A program made the position numbers and the translations under genes. Below, piece after piece: positions 1 to 9,646 of a DNA stretch of 64,000 nt. A model generated the notes under the pieces. It made no database searches, was not told the origin of the DNA, and was given only the letters and a program-made list of their open reading frames with translations. Source of the stretch: Bacteroidota bacterium (lineage in GTDB: Bacteria; Bacteroidota; Ignavibacteria; UBA10030; SZUA-254); the NCBI GenBank assembly GCA_049515655.1, contig JBEKTW010000001.1, forward strand, positions 419 through 64,418, in the 5' to 3' direction. Each line of letters opens with the position of its first letter. The first letter of the stretch is position 1.

Positions 1-489
1 TTTGTCGTCCGTGACGATTGTTATATCCGCCTGAGCATACAATGGCTCTCGTTCGGCCAGAAGATGTCGAATGCGGGCGTCCAGCTCTTCGTCGGTGAGA
101 AGTTTTCCGTCAACGGTGTCAAGGAGAGGTCGATCTGTTTTCAATCGAACTCGCTGGAAGATGGCTTCCGGACGTGCTTTCAGGTACACGAGAATGCCGG
201 TCGATTTTACGACGTGCAGGTTATCCGCATGTGTGATCGTGCCGCCGCCTAACGAGACGACGTATCCCTCACGCTTGCTCACGTTGGCAAGTATCGCACG
301 TTCGAGCCGGCGAAAATAGCTCTCGCCAAGCGTTCTGAAAATCTCTGGTACGGTTTGCCCTGCGGATGATTCGATCTCACGATCGATGTCGATCAAACCG
401 AAGCCGAGCTTCTGGGCGAGGAACGGTGCGAGGGTGCTTTTCCCGCTGCTCATGAATCCCGTGAGGTAGACGAGGTTTCCCTTTATCTG
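1..489 (-). CDS. aroK: shikimate kinase (C-terminal end runs off the window)
   Basis: Minus-strand reading frame from the ATG at 489-487 to the window edge. It translates MNQIKGNLVYLTGFMSSGKSTLAPFLAQKLGFGLIDIDREIE..., with a P-loop GFMSSGKST and shikimate-kinase-like spacing. It is absent from the ORF track because there is no stop inside the window. Confidence 0.8.
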
Positions 490-832
490 GTTCATCGGAC
501 CAAAGCGTCGAAATTCATTCCGGATTGTGCGGGGGGGAATTCGAATATCGCGTAAGTTGTATTAAACCGTCGAATCGACGGATGCGCAGTCTTAGTTCCG
601 GTGAGGTGTGATGAGAACGTCGTAATCATCCCCGCCGGCCTTGCAGAGCCCGGACGATCCTGACCGGACGTAGTGTAAGGGTTGAGCGTTTTCATTCCAC
701 GGTGGACGGAATTCAAGTTTCGGTTTCCGCAACCTACGGGTCTCCGGTGCCCCCCTCAGCGAAGCGCCGGTCTGACCTTAGCTTCGTGTGCCACCACCGG
801 CGGTGCTGTTCCTGTGCGGCGGGGGCTGGACG

Positions 833-2941
833 CTATCGATAGAACACATCACGGTTGTCGACGATATCAGCGGATTTCTTGAGCTGGTCCAACCATTCCG
901 TAAAGAAACGATTTCGTTCGTCTCTCAACAACTGGGCGCGCAAGAGTTCCTTCTGCGCGTTGTAGAGGGTAGAATCAAACGCCGACTTGCTGATCAAACG
1001 GATGAGGTAATAACCGCGCGAACTCTCAATCGGTTTGGAAATCTGTCCGACATTCAAGCTCGAGGTCCCTCCGATGAAGCCCAGATCACGGCCTATGCCC
1101 GGTATCGCTCCGCTCAGCGTGAACGATGCGAGCTTTTGAACAATGATTTGTCCATTGCGTGATACGAGTGTGGCCAGACTGTCTCCTGCATTGAGCGATT
1201 GCCGGAGTTGGGTGGCGAGAGACTTCACTTTTTCCATCTTCTTCTCGCGCTTGACGCGCGCCTCCAGAGTTGTCTTCACCTCGTCGAACGGCCGCATGCC
1301 GGCATCCTTCACCTCGGAGACCATGAAGACGCCATACCCGTTTGAAAGCAACATGGCATCGGAGATGCTGCCCACTTTGCCGTTGAAAGCGAACTTGTTG
1401 AGCGCGTTGTTCAAACCGACGCCGGGAATGACTGCATTCTTCTGGAATGCCGGAGTCTCGCTCACCGTGTAGCCCTGTCCCTGGGCTTCTTTTACGAAAT
1501 CCCCGTGTTTCGCAAGGTACTGAAAATCCTGTGACTGCTGATTCAAGGCATCGCGGGTTTGTCCGCTGACCTTCACGCTGATACGAATGTCTGCAGATTT
1601 CACCTCACGATTGTCTCTGCCGAGGACCTTGATGATGTGGTAACCGAACTGGGTGCGAACTGGACCGACAATTTGTCCGACCTTGGCTTTGAGGGCCGCT
1701 TCTTCAAACGGCTTCACCATTCGACCTTTTCCAAACCAACCCAGGTCTCCACCGCGGGAACCGGAGCCCACATCCTTCGAGTGCTGTTTCGCGAGCGCTG
1801 CGAAATCTTCGCCTTGCTTTGCTGCGGCCAGCACCTCGCGCGCTTCTTTGAGTGCTTTCACGCTGTCATTGTTTTCAATTTGTATCAGGATATGGCTTGC
1901 GTGGATGAAATCATCCTTGCCGGGTCGGAATTCTTCCACCTTGATCACATGGAAGCCGTCGAAGTCTTTGAGGGGACCGATAATCTCTCCGACCTTCGCC
2001 TTGAAGATAGCATTTTCCTTATCCTGGGAGACTTCGCCGTGTTTGAAGAATGCTTCGGAAACCGGCGCCTCAGAGTAGGTTTTTGCCAGGTCCTGGAAGT
2101 CGGCTCCCGCCTGGGCGCGCTGTGCCACGTCATCGAGTTCGGACGTAACGGATTCGGTGTCAGCCTTGGAGGGGACTTCGTTGAACATCACGTACTTGAG
2201 TCTGCGGCTGGACTCGAATTTGAATTCCTCGGAGTGCTCGTTGTAGTAATGCCGCAGGTCGTCGTCGGTGACTTTTATTTCATCGTCCCTCACAAGCTGA
2301 TTGGGTTCGAAGAGGGCGTACTCTGCCTCGTATTTCGTATTCTGATCGGTGAATCTCTGCAGGACTTCGCTTTCAGGAACGCGAAGGCCGGAGAGAATGA
2401 TACTTTGCAGCTTCTCCCGCTTGCGCTGCTTGCGCAGGATTCCTTCAACCTGCAGCCACGCTGCCTTGTTCTTTGGATTCTGGATGGCCGACTCGTAGGC
2501 TTGGCGGTTAAATACGCCGGTCGAGTCGGTGAATCTCTGCCGCAAAAAGTCCGGTGGACTATCCCCGCGCACCCAATCCACTATTTCCTGGTCGGTGACG
2601 GCGACACCGAATTTCTGGATTTGCTCATCGAAGAGTTTCTCTTCAACGAGGTCGTTCCACACCTGGTCTCTGATCGTGCGGAGCTGGTTTTCGTCCGGCT
2701 CGTTGTTGGTTTGCGCTTTCTGGTTCTCGGCGATCTGTTTCACCATATCCGAAAAATCTTTGTAAAAAATCGGCTGGTCGTTGATGACGCCGATTTCCTG
2801 AGACTCCGTCGAGGGGCCTCCACGCCGTCTGCGACCCGTGATATCCATACCCCAGTCGAGGACGATGTACACCACGAATACTCCGGCAAAGACAGCAAAG
2901 ACCGTCGAGAGACTCTCTCGTAATTTCGTCATTAAAGGCAT
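833..2941 (-). CDS. periplasmic peptidyl-prolyl cis-trans isomerase, SurA/PpiD-like with two parvulin domains
   Basis: 702-aa ORF. It has an N-terminal membrane anchor and two parvulin-type segments (DFIHASHILIQ...; SRGGDLGWFGKGRMVKPFEEAA). Confidence 0.75.
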   Translation of the reverse strand: MPLMTKLRESLSTVFAVFAGVFVVYIVLDWGMDITGRRRRGGPSTESQEIGVINDQPIFYKDFSDMVKQIAENQKAQTNNEPDENQLRTIRDQVWNDLVEEKLFDEQIQKFGVAVTDQEIVDWVRGDSPPDFLRQRFTDSTGVFNRQAYESAIQNPKNKAAWLQVEGILRKQRKREKLQSIILSGLRVPESEVLQRFTDQNTKYEAEYALFEPNQLVRDDEIKVTDDDLRHYYNEHSEEFKFESSRRLKYVMFNEVPSKADTESVTSELDDVAQRAQAGADFQDLAKTYSEAPVSEAFFKHGEVSQDKENAIFKAKVGEIIGPLKDFDGFHVIKVEEFRPGKDDFIHASHILIQIENNDSVKALKEAREVLAAAKQGEDFAALAKQHSKDVGSGSRGGDLGWFGKGRMVKPFEEAALKAKVGQIVGPVRTQFGYHIIKVLGRDNREVKSADIRISVKVSGQTRDALNQQSQDFQYLAKHGDFVKEAQGQGYTVSETPAFQKNAVIPGVGLNNALNKFAFNGKVGSISDAMLLSNGYGVFMVSEVKDAGMRPFDEVKTTLEARVKREKKMEKVKSLATQLRQSLNAGDSLATLVSRNGQIIVQKLASFTLSGAIPGIGRDLGFIGGTSSLNVGQISKPIESSRGYYLIRLISKSAFDSTLYNAQKELLRAQLLRDERNRFFTEWLDQLKKSADIVDNRDVFYR

Positions 2942-3091
2942 TTTGGCAGATTTCCTAAGCTAAGAAATGGAGATTTGTTGGTTTAGCAAAGAAATATACG
3001 GGAAAAATAGCTGAGAAGCAATGGATTTTCGAATTTCTGGAGGGACTTTCAAATCAGCGTCGTCCGAACGGCTCGCCGGCGGAGAATCCTC

Positions 3092-4264
3092 CTAGAACCA
3101 TCGCCACAGCCAGTATTTCTCGGCGACAACTTTCGCCCAATGGTAGGTGACGCTCGGTTCGTGCACTTCGATTTTCGGCGCTGGCAGGTTGTAGAAGTCG
3201 CCATGGATATATCCGGCTTTCCCATTCCCTGTCTCCAGGAAACAAAATCCGGTGCCGGGGTAATCCTTCTTCATGCCATGATGGAGGATGTCGCAGGCAA
3301 TATTATGCGCCACAGTCTCCGCTTGATTGAGCGCGAAAACGCCGACTTTCGGCAACGCAGAACCGTTTGCGAGAGGGACCGTTGCAACATCTCCGATGGC
3401 ATAAACGTCCGGGTGCTGAGTCTGCATATTTCGGGGATTCACGGGAATCCAGCCCGTGGCATCGTTGAGGCCCGACGAACGAACAACTTCGGGAGCCCGA
3501 TGCGGAGGAACGGCAAGGCAAAGGTCAAACTCTGCGAGCACCCCATTTTCGAATGTCAGTTGTTTCTTGGCCGGGTCGATATGTTTGACCTTGTGGTCCG
3601 GCCTGTAGAGAATACCCCGCTGTTCCAGAAGCGGCAGTAGCTCTGTGCCTGCCTGAATGCCTGCTGCGGCGAGAGGGAACGGTTCCGGAGTATATATCTC
3701 AACCTTGCATTCTTTCGTGCCCGCTCCGGGTCGGAAACGCTCCTTTCGGGAGAAAAAAGATTCCAAAAGGAGAGCAGCCTCATAGGGAACCGGAGGACAC
3801 TTGTACGGGAGATTTGTCACTACGATGGCGATTCTCCCGCCGCCGAATGTCTGGAGTGCTGAGCGAAGCCGTTGGGCTCCGTCGAGAGTGTAAAAGGAAT
3901 GAATCGATTCTTGCATTCCCGCGACGCCGTACGGCGCCAGCTCGGCCCCCAGTGCCACGACGAGATAGTCAAATGTGATGGTTGAAGCGTCCGTTTTCAC
4001 CGCGCGCCGCTCAAGGTCGATCTCGCGAACGACGGTATGCTGAATCTCAATGCCGTATCTACTGAGGAGTGAAAGTGGTTTCAGGATTGCCTCGGGCTTG
4101 CGCCAGCCCAGCATGACCCAGAGGTACGAAGGTGGGAACGAGTGGACGGCCGCCTTTTCGACGACGACCACGCGGTGGTCTTTTCCGAGATGACTCCTCA
4201 ATTCTCTCGCCGTCACGATGCCGCCGATACCGCCGCCGAGGATCAATATTGTTTTCTCATTCAT
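3092..4264 (-). CDS. FAD-dependent pyridine-nucleotide-disulfide oxidoreductase, sulfide:quinone oxidoreductase-like
   Basis: 390 aa. N-terminal Rossmann dinucleotide-binding motif ILILGGGIGG, a second GG motif, and conserved Cys in the LPYKCPPVPYE context typical of the SQR/FCSD family. Confidence 0.6.
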   Translation of the reverse strand: MNEKTILILGGGIGGIVTARELRSHLGKDHRVVVVEKAAVHSFPPSYLWVMLGWRKPEAILKPLSLLSRYGIEIQHTVVREIDLERRAVKTDASTITFDYLVVALGAELAPYGVAGMQESIHSFYTLDGAQRLRSALQTFGGGRIAIVVTNLPYKCPPVPYEAALLLESFFSRKERFRPGAGTKECKVEIYTPEPFPLAAAGIQAGTELLPLLEQRGILYRPDHKVKHIDPAKKQLTFENGVLAEFDLCLAVPPHRAPEVVRSSGLNDATGWIPVNPRNMQTQHPDVYAIGDVATVPLANGSALPKVGVFALNQAETVAHNIACDILHHGMKKDYPGTGFCFLETGNGKAGYIHGDFYNLPAPKIEVHEPSVTYHWAKVVAEKYWLWRWF

Positions 4265-4468
4265 ACATGGAATCTACAAAAATATTTTAAAAAAGTCGAG
4301 TGCCCGCATCACTCAGAATGACCGGCGGCCGGTTGATTTCCATTCAAAACCGGAGTATATTGAACGAAAGAAAACAATAACGGTAACCCGTTCCAGGCCC
4401 GCAGTTGAGAAAGCAATCCTCGACTGGCGCCTTCGCCGGAGCCGGGTTGTCGGCGGATTCCCGCTACG

Positions 4469-5674
4469 ATGAACTCAAAGGACAAACGCTTGGGCCATAC
4501 TTTTTTTTCTCATCTTCGCTGCAGCCAATGTGATCGGACGTACGATCCGGTCAAAGTCCAAACAGTGTGCGGACAATGCAACAAGACTCTGCTTGCAGTG
4601 TATGATCTTGCTTCTGCGAAGAGGTCTCTTTCAATCCGGCAATTCTCAACTCGGGAGAAAGGTCTTTGGCGCTATCGGGAATTGCTCCCCGTGGTTGATG
4701 ATGCGTCCATCGTTTCTCTTGGTGAAGGGTGGACCCCGCTTCTCCAAGCGAAAACCTTGGGGAAAGAATTAGGACTCCGACATCTTTTCATCAAAGATGA
4801 AAGCCTGAATCCAACGGGATCGTTCAAGGCGCGAGGGCTCTGCGTGGCAGTTTCGAGGTTAAAGGAACTGGGGATCGCGGAGGTCGCGATGCCGTCCGCG
4901 GGCAATGCAGGCGGGGCACTCGCCGCCTACGCCGCGAAGGCCGGCATACAAGCGCATGTTTTTGTTCCGAACGACACGCCGGTCATCAACGTCAGGGAAA
5001 CGAGACTCTATGGCGCGGAAGTATTTATGGTTGACGGGGTCATTAGCGATGCAGGGAAAATAATGAATGAAATGCGGCAGGGGAAAAATTGGTTCGATAT
5101 GTCCACGATGAAGGAGCCGTACCGCCTTGAGGGGAAGAAAACGCTGGGCTATGAATTGGCTGAACAATTCGACTGGAAGCTTCCCGACGTCATTGTTTAC
5201 CCGACCGGCGGGGGGACCGGACTTATCGGGATGTGGAAGGCCTTCCGGGAAATGGAAGAGCTGGGATGGATCACAGGGAGAAAACCGAGAATGGTTGTCG
5301 TCCAATCGGCAGGTTGTGCGCCGATCGTGAAGGCCTTTGAGGACGGCAGGAAAGATTCGGAATTTTGGAATAATTCTGCCACTCTCGCATCCGGGTTGCG
5401 CGTGCCGAAAGCTTTTGCCGATGAATTGATCCTCTCCGCGGTTTATGAAAGCGGGGGGACGGCTGTTTCTGTGAACGACGATGAGCTCCTTGCCGATATG
5501 AAACTAGTAGCCCGGCAGGAGGGATTGCTGCTCTGTCCCGAGGGTGCTGCAACCGTTTCCGCTGTTCGTCATCTTTTGAAGAAGGGTTTCATTCAAGAGA
5601 ACGAGACGGTTGTCGCGTTCAACACCGGCTCGGGATATAAGTATGTGGAAGTCCTGGAACGGTTAGAGAAGTAA
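4469..5674 (+). CDS. threonine synthase family PLP-dependent enzyme with N-terminal zinc-ribbon
   Basis: 401 aa. N-terminal CxxC...CxxC ribbon (CSQCDRT...CGQCNK), then the ThrC-like core LGEGWTPL...NPTGSFKARG (PLP lysine motif) and a GGGTG glycine loop. Confidence 0.7.
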   Translation: MNSKDKRLGHTFFSHLRCSQCDRTYDPVKVQTVCGQCNKTLLAVYDLASAKRSLSIRQFSTREKGLWRYRELLPVVDDASIVSLGEGWTPLLQAKTLGKELGLRHLFIKDESLNPTGSFKARGLCVAVSRLKELGIAEVAMPSAGNAGGALAAYAAKAGIQAHVFVPNDTPVINVRETRLYGAEVFMVDGVISDAGKIMNEMRQGKNWFDMSTMKEPYRLEGKKTLGYELAEQFDWKLPDVIVYPTGGGTGLIGMWKAFREMEELGWITGRKPRMVVVQSAGCAPIVKAFEDGRKDSEFWNNSATLASGLRVPKAFADELILSAVYESGGTAVSVNDDELLADMKLVARQEGLLLCPEGAATVSAVRHLLKKGFIQENETVVAFNTGSGYKYVEVLERLEK

Positions 5675-5766
5675 AGGAGATATCTGTTTCTTATTATTGA
5701 AGAGCCAAATTCCCGTCATTGCAATTCATTGCCATTCGGCGTATATTGCAATGAAAAGTTCGGGTT

Positions 5767-6843
5767 TTGGAGAATTTGGAACAACAATATCGCCGCATTC
5801 TTATCGTTCGGACGGACAGAATTGGGGACGTCATACTGACCCTGCCCGTCGTTCAGGTTCTCCGGGCACGATTTCCGACATCCCACTTGACAATGCTTAT
5901 CCGCCGTTACACCGCCGACCTTATAGAAGACAATTCCTCTATTGATAAGATCCTCTTCTATGACGACGGGGTTCAACCTGTACCTTTCATGCGGCTGGCC
6001 AGAATGCTGCGGAGCGAACATTTCGATGTCGTCATCCACACGTACCCGAGGTTCCGGCTGGCGTTAATGACGTGGATTGCCGGAATACCATTGCGCATCG
6101 GCACGGGATTTCGCTGGTATTCTCTTTTGTTCAACAGGAAACTCTATGAGCACCGGAAGGATGCAACACGTCATGAGCTCGAGTACAACCTCAATCTCCT
6201 GAAAACCCTGGGGTGCCCGGTCGACGGTCAAAACATTTTTCCGTCACTCGAGGTTAGAGAGACCACGGTTGAGAGAGTCAAAGTGTTGTTGAGAAGTCTG
6301 GGGGTTCGTGAAGAGAGCAGGCTGGTTATATTGCATCCCGGCAGCGGCGGATCCGCGCGGGATTGGAGTGCGCGTAGCTTCGGCTTGCTCGGTCGAAGTC
6401 TCGACGAGATCACCGACGTGCAAACAATCATCACCGGGACCGCTCACGAGCGGAATCTGGTGGAAAACGTCCGGGGCGTCGCCGGCGGCCGTACACTCGC
6501 CCTGGCGGGCCGGCTCAGCCTCAAGGAATTTGCGGCACTCGCGAAGATCTCCTCGTTGCTTGTTGCCAACTCGACGGGACCAATTCACATCGCCGCCGCC
6601 GTGGGGACTCCAGTGATCGGCCTGTATCCACAGGTGATTCCTATGACCGCGGATCGGTGGGGTCCGGTGACGGATAAGAAAATCATTTTTTCACCTTCCA
6701 ACATGCCGAAGGATTGCAGCAAATGTGTGAAACAACGGTTGCCCGTGTGTGAGTGCATGGACTCGATAACTGTTGCGGAAGTCTTTGGGGCTGCGAAAAA
6801 GCTGTTGGCGGGCGAGCCCGTAAGAGTCCAGTTTCGTGTATGA
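5767..6843 (+). CDS. glycosyltransferase family 9 (ADP-heptose:LPS heptosyltransferase-like)
   Basis: 358 aa with RILIVRTDRIGDVILTLP at the N-terminus, a GT9 hallmark. The stop overlaps the next start (ATGA at 6840-6843). Confidence 0.8.
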   Translation: MENLEQQYRRILIVRTDRIGDVILTLPVVQVLRARFPTSHLTMLIRRYTADLIEDNSSIDKILFYDDGVQPVPFMRLARMLRSEHFDVVIHTYPRFRLALMTWIAGIPLRIGTGFRWYSLLFNRKLYEHRKDATRHELEYNLNLLKTLGCPVDGQNIFPSLEVRETTVERVKVLLRSLGVREESRLVILHPGSGGSARDWSARSFGLLGRSLDEITDVQTIITGTAHERNLVENVRGVAGGRTLALAGRLSLKEFAALAKISSLLVANSTGPIHIAAAVGTPVIGLYPQVIPMTADRWGPVTDKKIIFSPSNMPKDCSKCVKQRLPVCECMDSITVAEVFGAAKKLLAGEPVRVQFRV

Positions 6844-7727
6844 GGCTCATTCCCCTGGCGTTCCTCGCCCTCGGTTTGGTCATCGCATTCCCCGCGGGTC
6901 AAGATCGTCCGGACATTGTGGTCGGGAATCCCGTATTCATGTTCCAGGACACGATTCCAGCCAGAAAGGATTCCGCGGTTGCCCGGGCGGATACGATCTC
7001 TTTTGCATCGATGAGAAAAGTCAGCAACTATGCATTCAGCTCGGGGGAATACTTGAAGTTCGAAGTGAAGTATGGTTTTATCTCCGCTGGCGATGCAGTT
7101 ATGAAAATCTCCGACACCGTCTATTCCAACGGCCGCAAGTGTTTCAAGATAGAATTCCAGGTTGACTCGAAGCCGTTTTTCAACTGGATCTACAGGGTCA
7201 AAGACCGGTACAGCACCATCGTCGATTCCGAAGGGGTCTTTCCCTGGAGGTTCGAGCAGCATATCCGGGAAGGCAACTTCCGGCGGGACTTCACCGCCGA
7301 GTTTGACCAGATCAATCATGTCGCGAAAACGTCGGAAGGGTCGCACCGGATACCGGCGTATGTTCAGGACATCATGTCGGCGTTTTATTTCACTCGGTTG
7401 GTCGATTTTTCCAATTACCATCCCGGACAGAAACTCCATCTGCAAAACTTCTATAAAGATTCCACGTATGAGCTTGATGTGAAGTTTAAAGGACGGCAAA
7501 CCATTGATGTCGCGGCCGGGACATTCAACTGCATTGTTGTCGAGCCGCTGGCACGGGAAGGCGGATTGTTCAAGAGCGATGGTCATGTCTATGTGTGGCT
7601 CACCGATGATGAACGGAAACTTCCCGTCAAGGTCAGCACGCAGATCATCATTGGCTCAATAGATTCGGAACTAACGGAGTATCGTGGGATCAACGGTATC
7701 ATTTCGGCCAAAGTCAAGGAAGAGTAA
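6840..7727 (+). CDS. secreted DUF3108-like protein
   Basis: Start chosen at MRLIPLAFLALGLVIAFPAG, a signal peptide. The internal EYLKFEVKYGFISAGDAVMKI segment is DUF3108-like. Translationally coupled to both neighbours. Confidence 0.55.
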   Translation: MRLIPLAFLALGLVIAFPAGQDRPDIVVGNPVFMFQDTIPARKDSAVARADTISFASMRKVSNYAFSSGEYLKFEVKYGFISAGDAVMKISDTVYSNGRKCFKIEFQVDSKPFFNWIYRVKDRYSTIVDSEGVFPWRFEQHIREGNFRRDFTAEFDQINHVAKTSEGSHRIPAYVQDIMSAFYFTRLVDFSNYHPGQKLHLQNFYKDSTYELDVKFKGRQTIDVAAGTFNCIVVEPLAREGGLFKSDGHVYVWLTDDERKLPVKVSTQIIIGSIDSELTEYRGINGIISAKVKEE

Positions 7728-7730
7728 GCC

Positions 7731-8684
7731 ATGCCAAAATATAAACAGGTGGATTTGACGAACGTCAAGACAATTTCGATTCTGCGGCGAAAGAGCAAGG
7801 TACACCCCGGGGATTTCGCGAAAGTGTTTGAGCCATCCCGCCAGACATTTCCGGAGTTTGTTCGATCGTTGCCGCGCATTCTGGCGGCGGAGGATTTGCG
7901 CCGATTCGTCGAGAGCGTTGTGGGGGCCTACCGGCGTAAAAAGCCCGTCATCGCCTTGATCGGCGCTCATGTGGTCAAGGTTGGGTTGAATCCCCTGATG
8001 ATCGACATGGTCAAGCGCAGGATTATTACAAGTGTGAGCATGAACAGCGCCGCGGCGATTCACGATGTCGAGACCGCGATGTGGGGGCAGACGTCGGAAG
8101 ATGTGGAAGCGAGTATTCTCAACGGGACGTTCGGGATGTCGAAAGAGACGGGTGAATTCATCAACGGAGTTCTCGGACACGCGATGGTGAGCGACGACGC
8201 CGGGTACGGTGAAGCGTTGGGGAAGGCGCTCCAGAGGGCTCCCCTTAGAAAGATGAGTCTCCTGGCGACCTGTTATCGACTGGGCGTACCCGCCACCGTG
8301 CACGCTGCGATCGGAACGGACATTGTGCATCAACAGCCGACGATGGATGGGGCCGCAACCGGTGAAATGACGTTTCGCGATTTCAAGGTGCTTTGCAACG
8401 AAGTGAAAAACCTGCGCGGCGGCGGTGTTGTCATGAACATCGGCTCGGCGGTGGTCTTGCCCGAAGTGTTTTTGAAAGCCCTCACTGTCGTTCGAAATCT
8501 CGGTTTCAAAGCTCAGGGATTCAACACGGCCAATTTCGACATGATTCAGCATTACCGGCCGCGCATGAATATTGTGCTTCGGCCGACGAAAAACCACGGG
8601 AAAGGATATTGTTTTACCGGACATCATGAAATCATGATACCACTACTCTTCGCGATGATCAAGGACCGACTGAAGACCCGATGA
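7731..8684 (+). CDS. deoxyhypusine-synthase-like protein (DHS family)
   Basis: 317 aa. KKPVIALIGAHVVKVG...GGGVVMNIGSAVVLPEVF resembles the NAD-binding core of deoxyhypusine synthase-like proteins. Assigned from memory of the family, not a search. Confidence 0.45.
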   Translation: MPKYKQVDLTNVKTISILRRKSKVHPGDFAKVFEPSRQTFPEFVRSLPRILAAEDLRRFVESVVGAYRRKKPVIALIGAHVVKVGLNPLMIDMVKRRIITSVSMNSAAAIHDVETAMWGQTSEDVEASILNGTFGMSKETGEFINGVLGHAMVSDDAGYGEALGKALQRAPLRKMSLLATCYRLGVPATVHAAIGTDIVHQQPTMDGAATGEMTFRDFKVLCNEVKNLRGGGVVMNIGSAVVLPEVFLKALTVVRNLGFKAQGFNTANFDMIQHYRPRMNIVLRPTKNHGKGYCFTGHHEIMIPLLFAMIKDRLKTR

Positions 8685-9646
8685 ACGAACCGGGGAATCC
8701 GATAGAACCACATCCCCAAACGGCCTTCGCCGGGGTACCTCATCAAGAGCTTTCATTCCTCGAGAAGTACGGCATTTCTCCCGTCATTTTTGGACTTGCT
8801 TCCGTCGTTCTCGTTTTTTTTCTCTATGAGATCGTCGGCGGGACTCTCACGTTTCTATTCTTCGGTGTAAAGTTGACGACGGAAAATGCCACCGGTTTCA
8901 GGGTTGCCACTGCGATCGGACAATGTGCGCTTATTCTCCTTCCGACGATCGCCCTGGCCCGGTTGGCGACCTCCAAACCCGCGCAGTACCTCCGGCTCGG
9001 GTTCCCGCAGCCCCTGGTGTTTGTTCCCCCGATCATTGGAATTTTTTCCCTCCAACAGATGCTCCAGGTCTATCTGGTATTCCAGGAGAAGATTCCCCTG
9101 CCGCAGCGTCTTTTGCCGGTCATCAAGCAATTGAAGGAATTGGTCGAAGAGGCGTATAGAATTCTTGTCAGCTCAAACTCCATCCCGGAGCTGCTGTTTG
9201 TTGTCGTTATCGTGGCGTTTATTCCCGCGATCGTCGAAGAACTCATGTTTCGCGGGTTGATACAACGGAGCTTTGAAAAGGGGCTTGGTCCCTTGAGCGG
9301 CGTTGTTCTCACCGGGGTCATCTTTGGGGCCTACCATCTGAACCCATTCGCGTTTCTTCCGCTGGCCGCACTCGGTGTGTATCTCGGTTTTCTAGCTCTG
9401 CGGGCGAACAGCATCTGGGTTTCGGCCGCCGCGCATTTTTTCAACAACGCGACTGCTTCCCTCGCGGTCTATCTTCACTATGACGATGATGCTATTGTCA
9501 CCGGCAATCCGGGAGCCATGCCGGTGGGAATTCTTTTATTGACATTCTTGGCTTTCACCCTGCTATTTCTTGGATCGACATATTGGTTTGTCCGCATGAC
9601 TGCACAGAAGGAAGAAACTTCACCACCTGAGAAAGGAGTGGCATGA
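8681..9646 (+). CDS. CPBP (CAAX protease/Abi) family intramembrane metalloprotease
   Basis: Multi-TM protein with EExxxR (IVEELMFRGLIQ) and FxxxH (FGAYHL) motifs and the HFFNN motif characteristic of CPBP proteases. ATGA overlap with the upstream gene. Confidence 0.75.
   Translation: MNEPGNPIEPHPQTAFAGVPHQELSFLEKYGISPVIFGLASVVLVFFLYEIVGGTLTFLFFGVKLTTENATGFRVATAIGQCALILLPTIALARLATSKPAQYLRLGFPQPLVFVPPIIGIFSLQQMLQVYLVFQEKIPLPQRLLPVIKQLKELVEEAYRILVSSNSIPELLFVVVIVAFIPAIVEELMFRGLIQRSFEKGLGPLSGVVLTGVIFGAYHLNPFAFLPLAALGVYLGFLALRANSIWVSAAAHFFNNATASLAVYLHYDDDAIVTGNPGAMPVGILLLTFLAFTLLFLGSTYWFVRMTAQKEETSPPEKGVA

Noticed and set aside
490-832. ncRNA (SRP RNA, 6S or RNase P) in the 340-bp aroK upstream region
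   Set aside because: No conserved SRP (GGAAGCAGCC), RNase P (GGAAAGUCCGG) or other diagnostic motifs were found.
1559-2923. 454-aa plus-strand ORF
   Set aside because: Antisense shadow of the SurA/PpiD-like gene. The sense gene has clear domain motifs and the shadow does not.
4265-4468. Riboswitch (SAM/T-box) ahead of the threonine-synthase-like gene
   Set aside because: No SAM-I/II, lysine or T-box consensus elements could be recognised. It is most likely an ordinary divergent promoter region.
6585-7586. 333-aa minus-strand ORF
   Set aside because: Antisense to the heptosyltransferase and DUF3108 genes, which are translationally coupled and have recognisable motifs.
7671-8627. 318-aa minus-strand ORF
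   Set aside because: Antisense shadow of the DHS-like gene in a GC-rich region.
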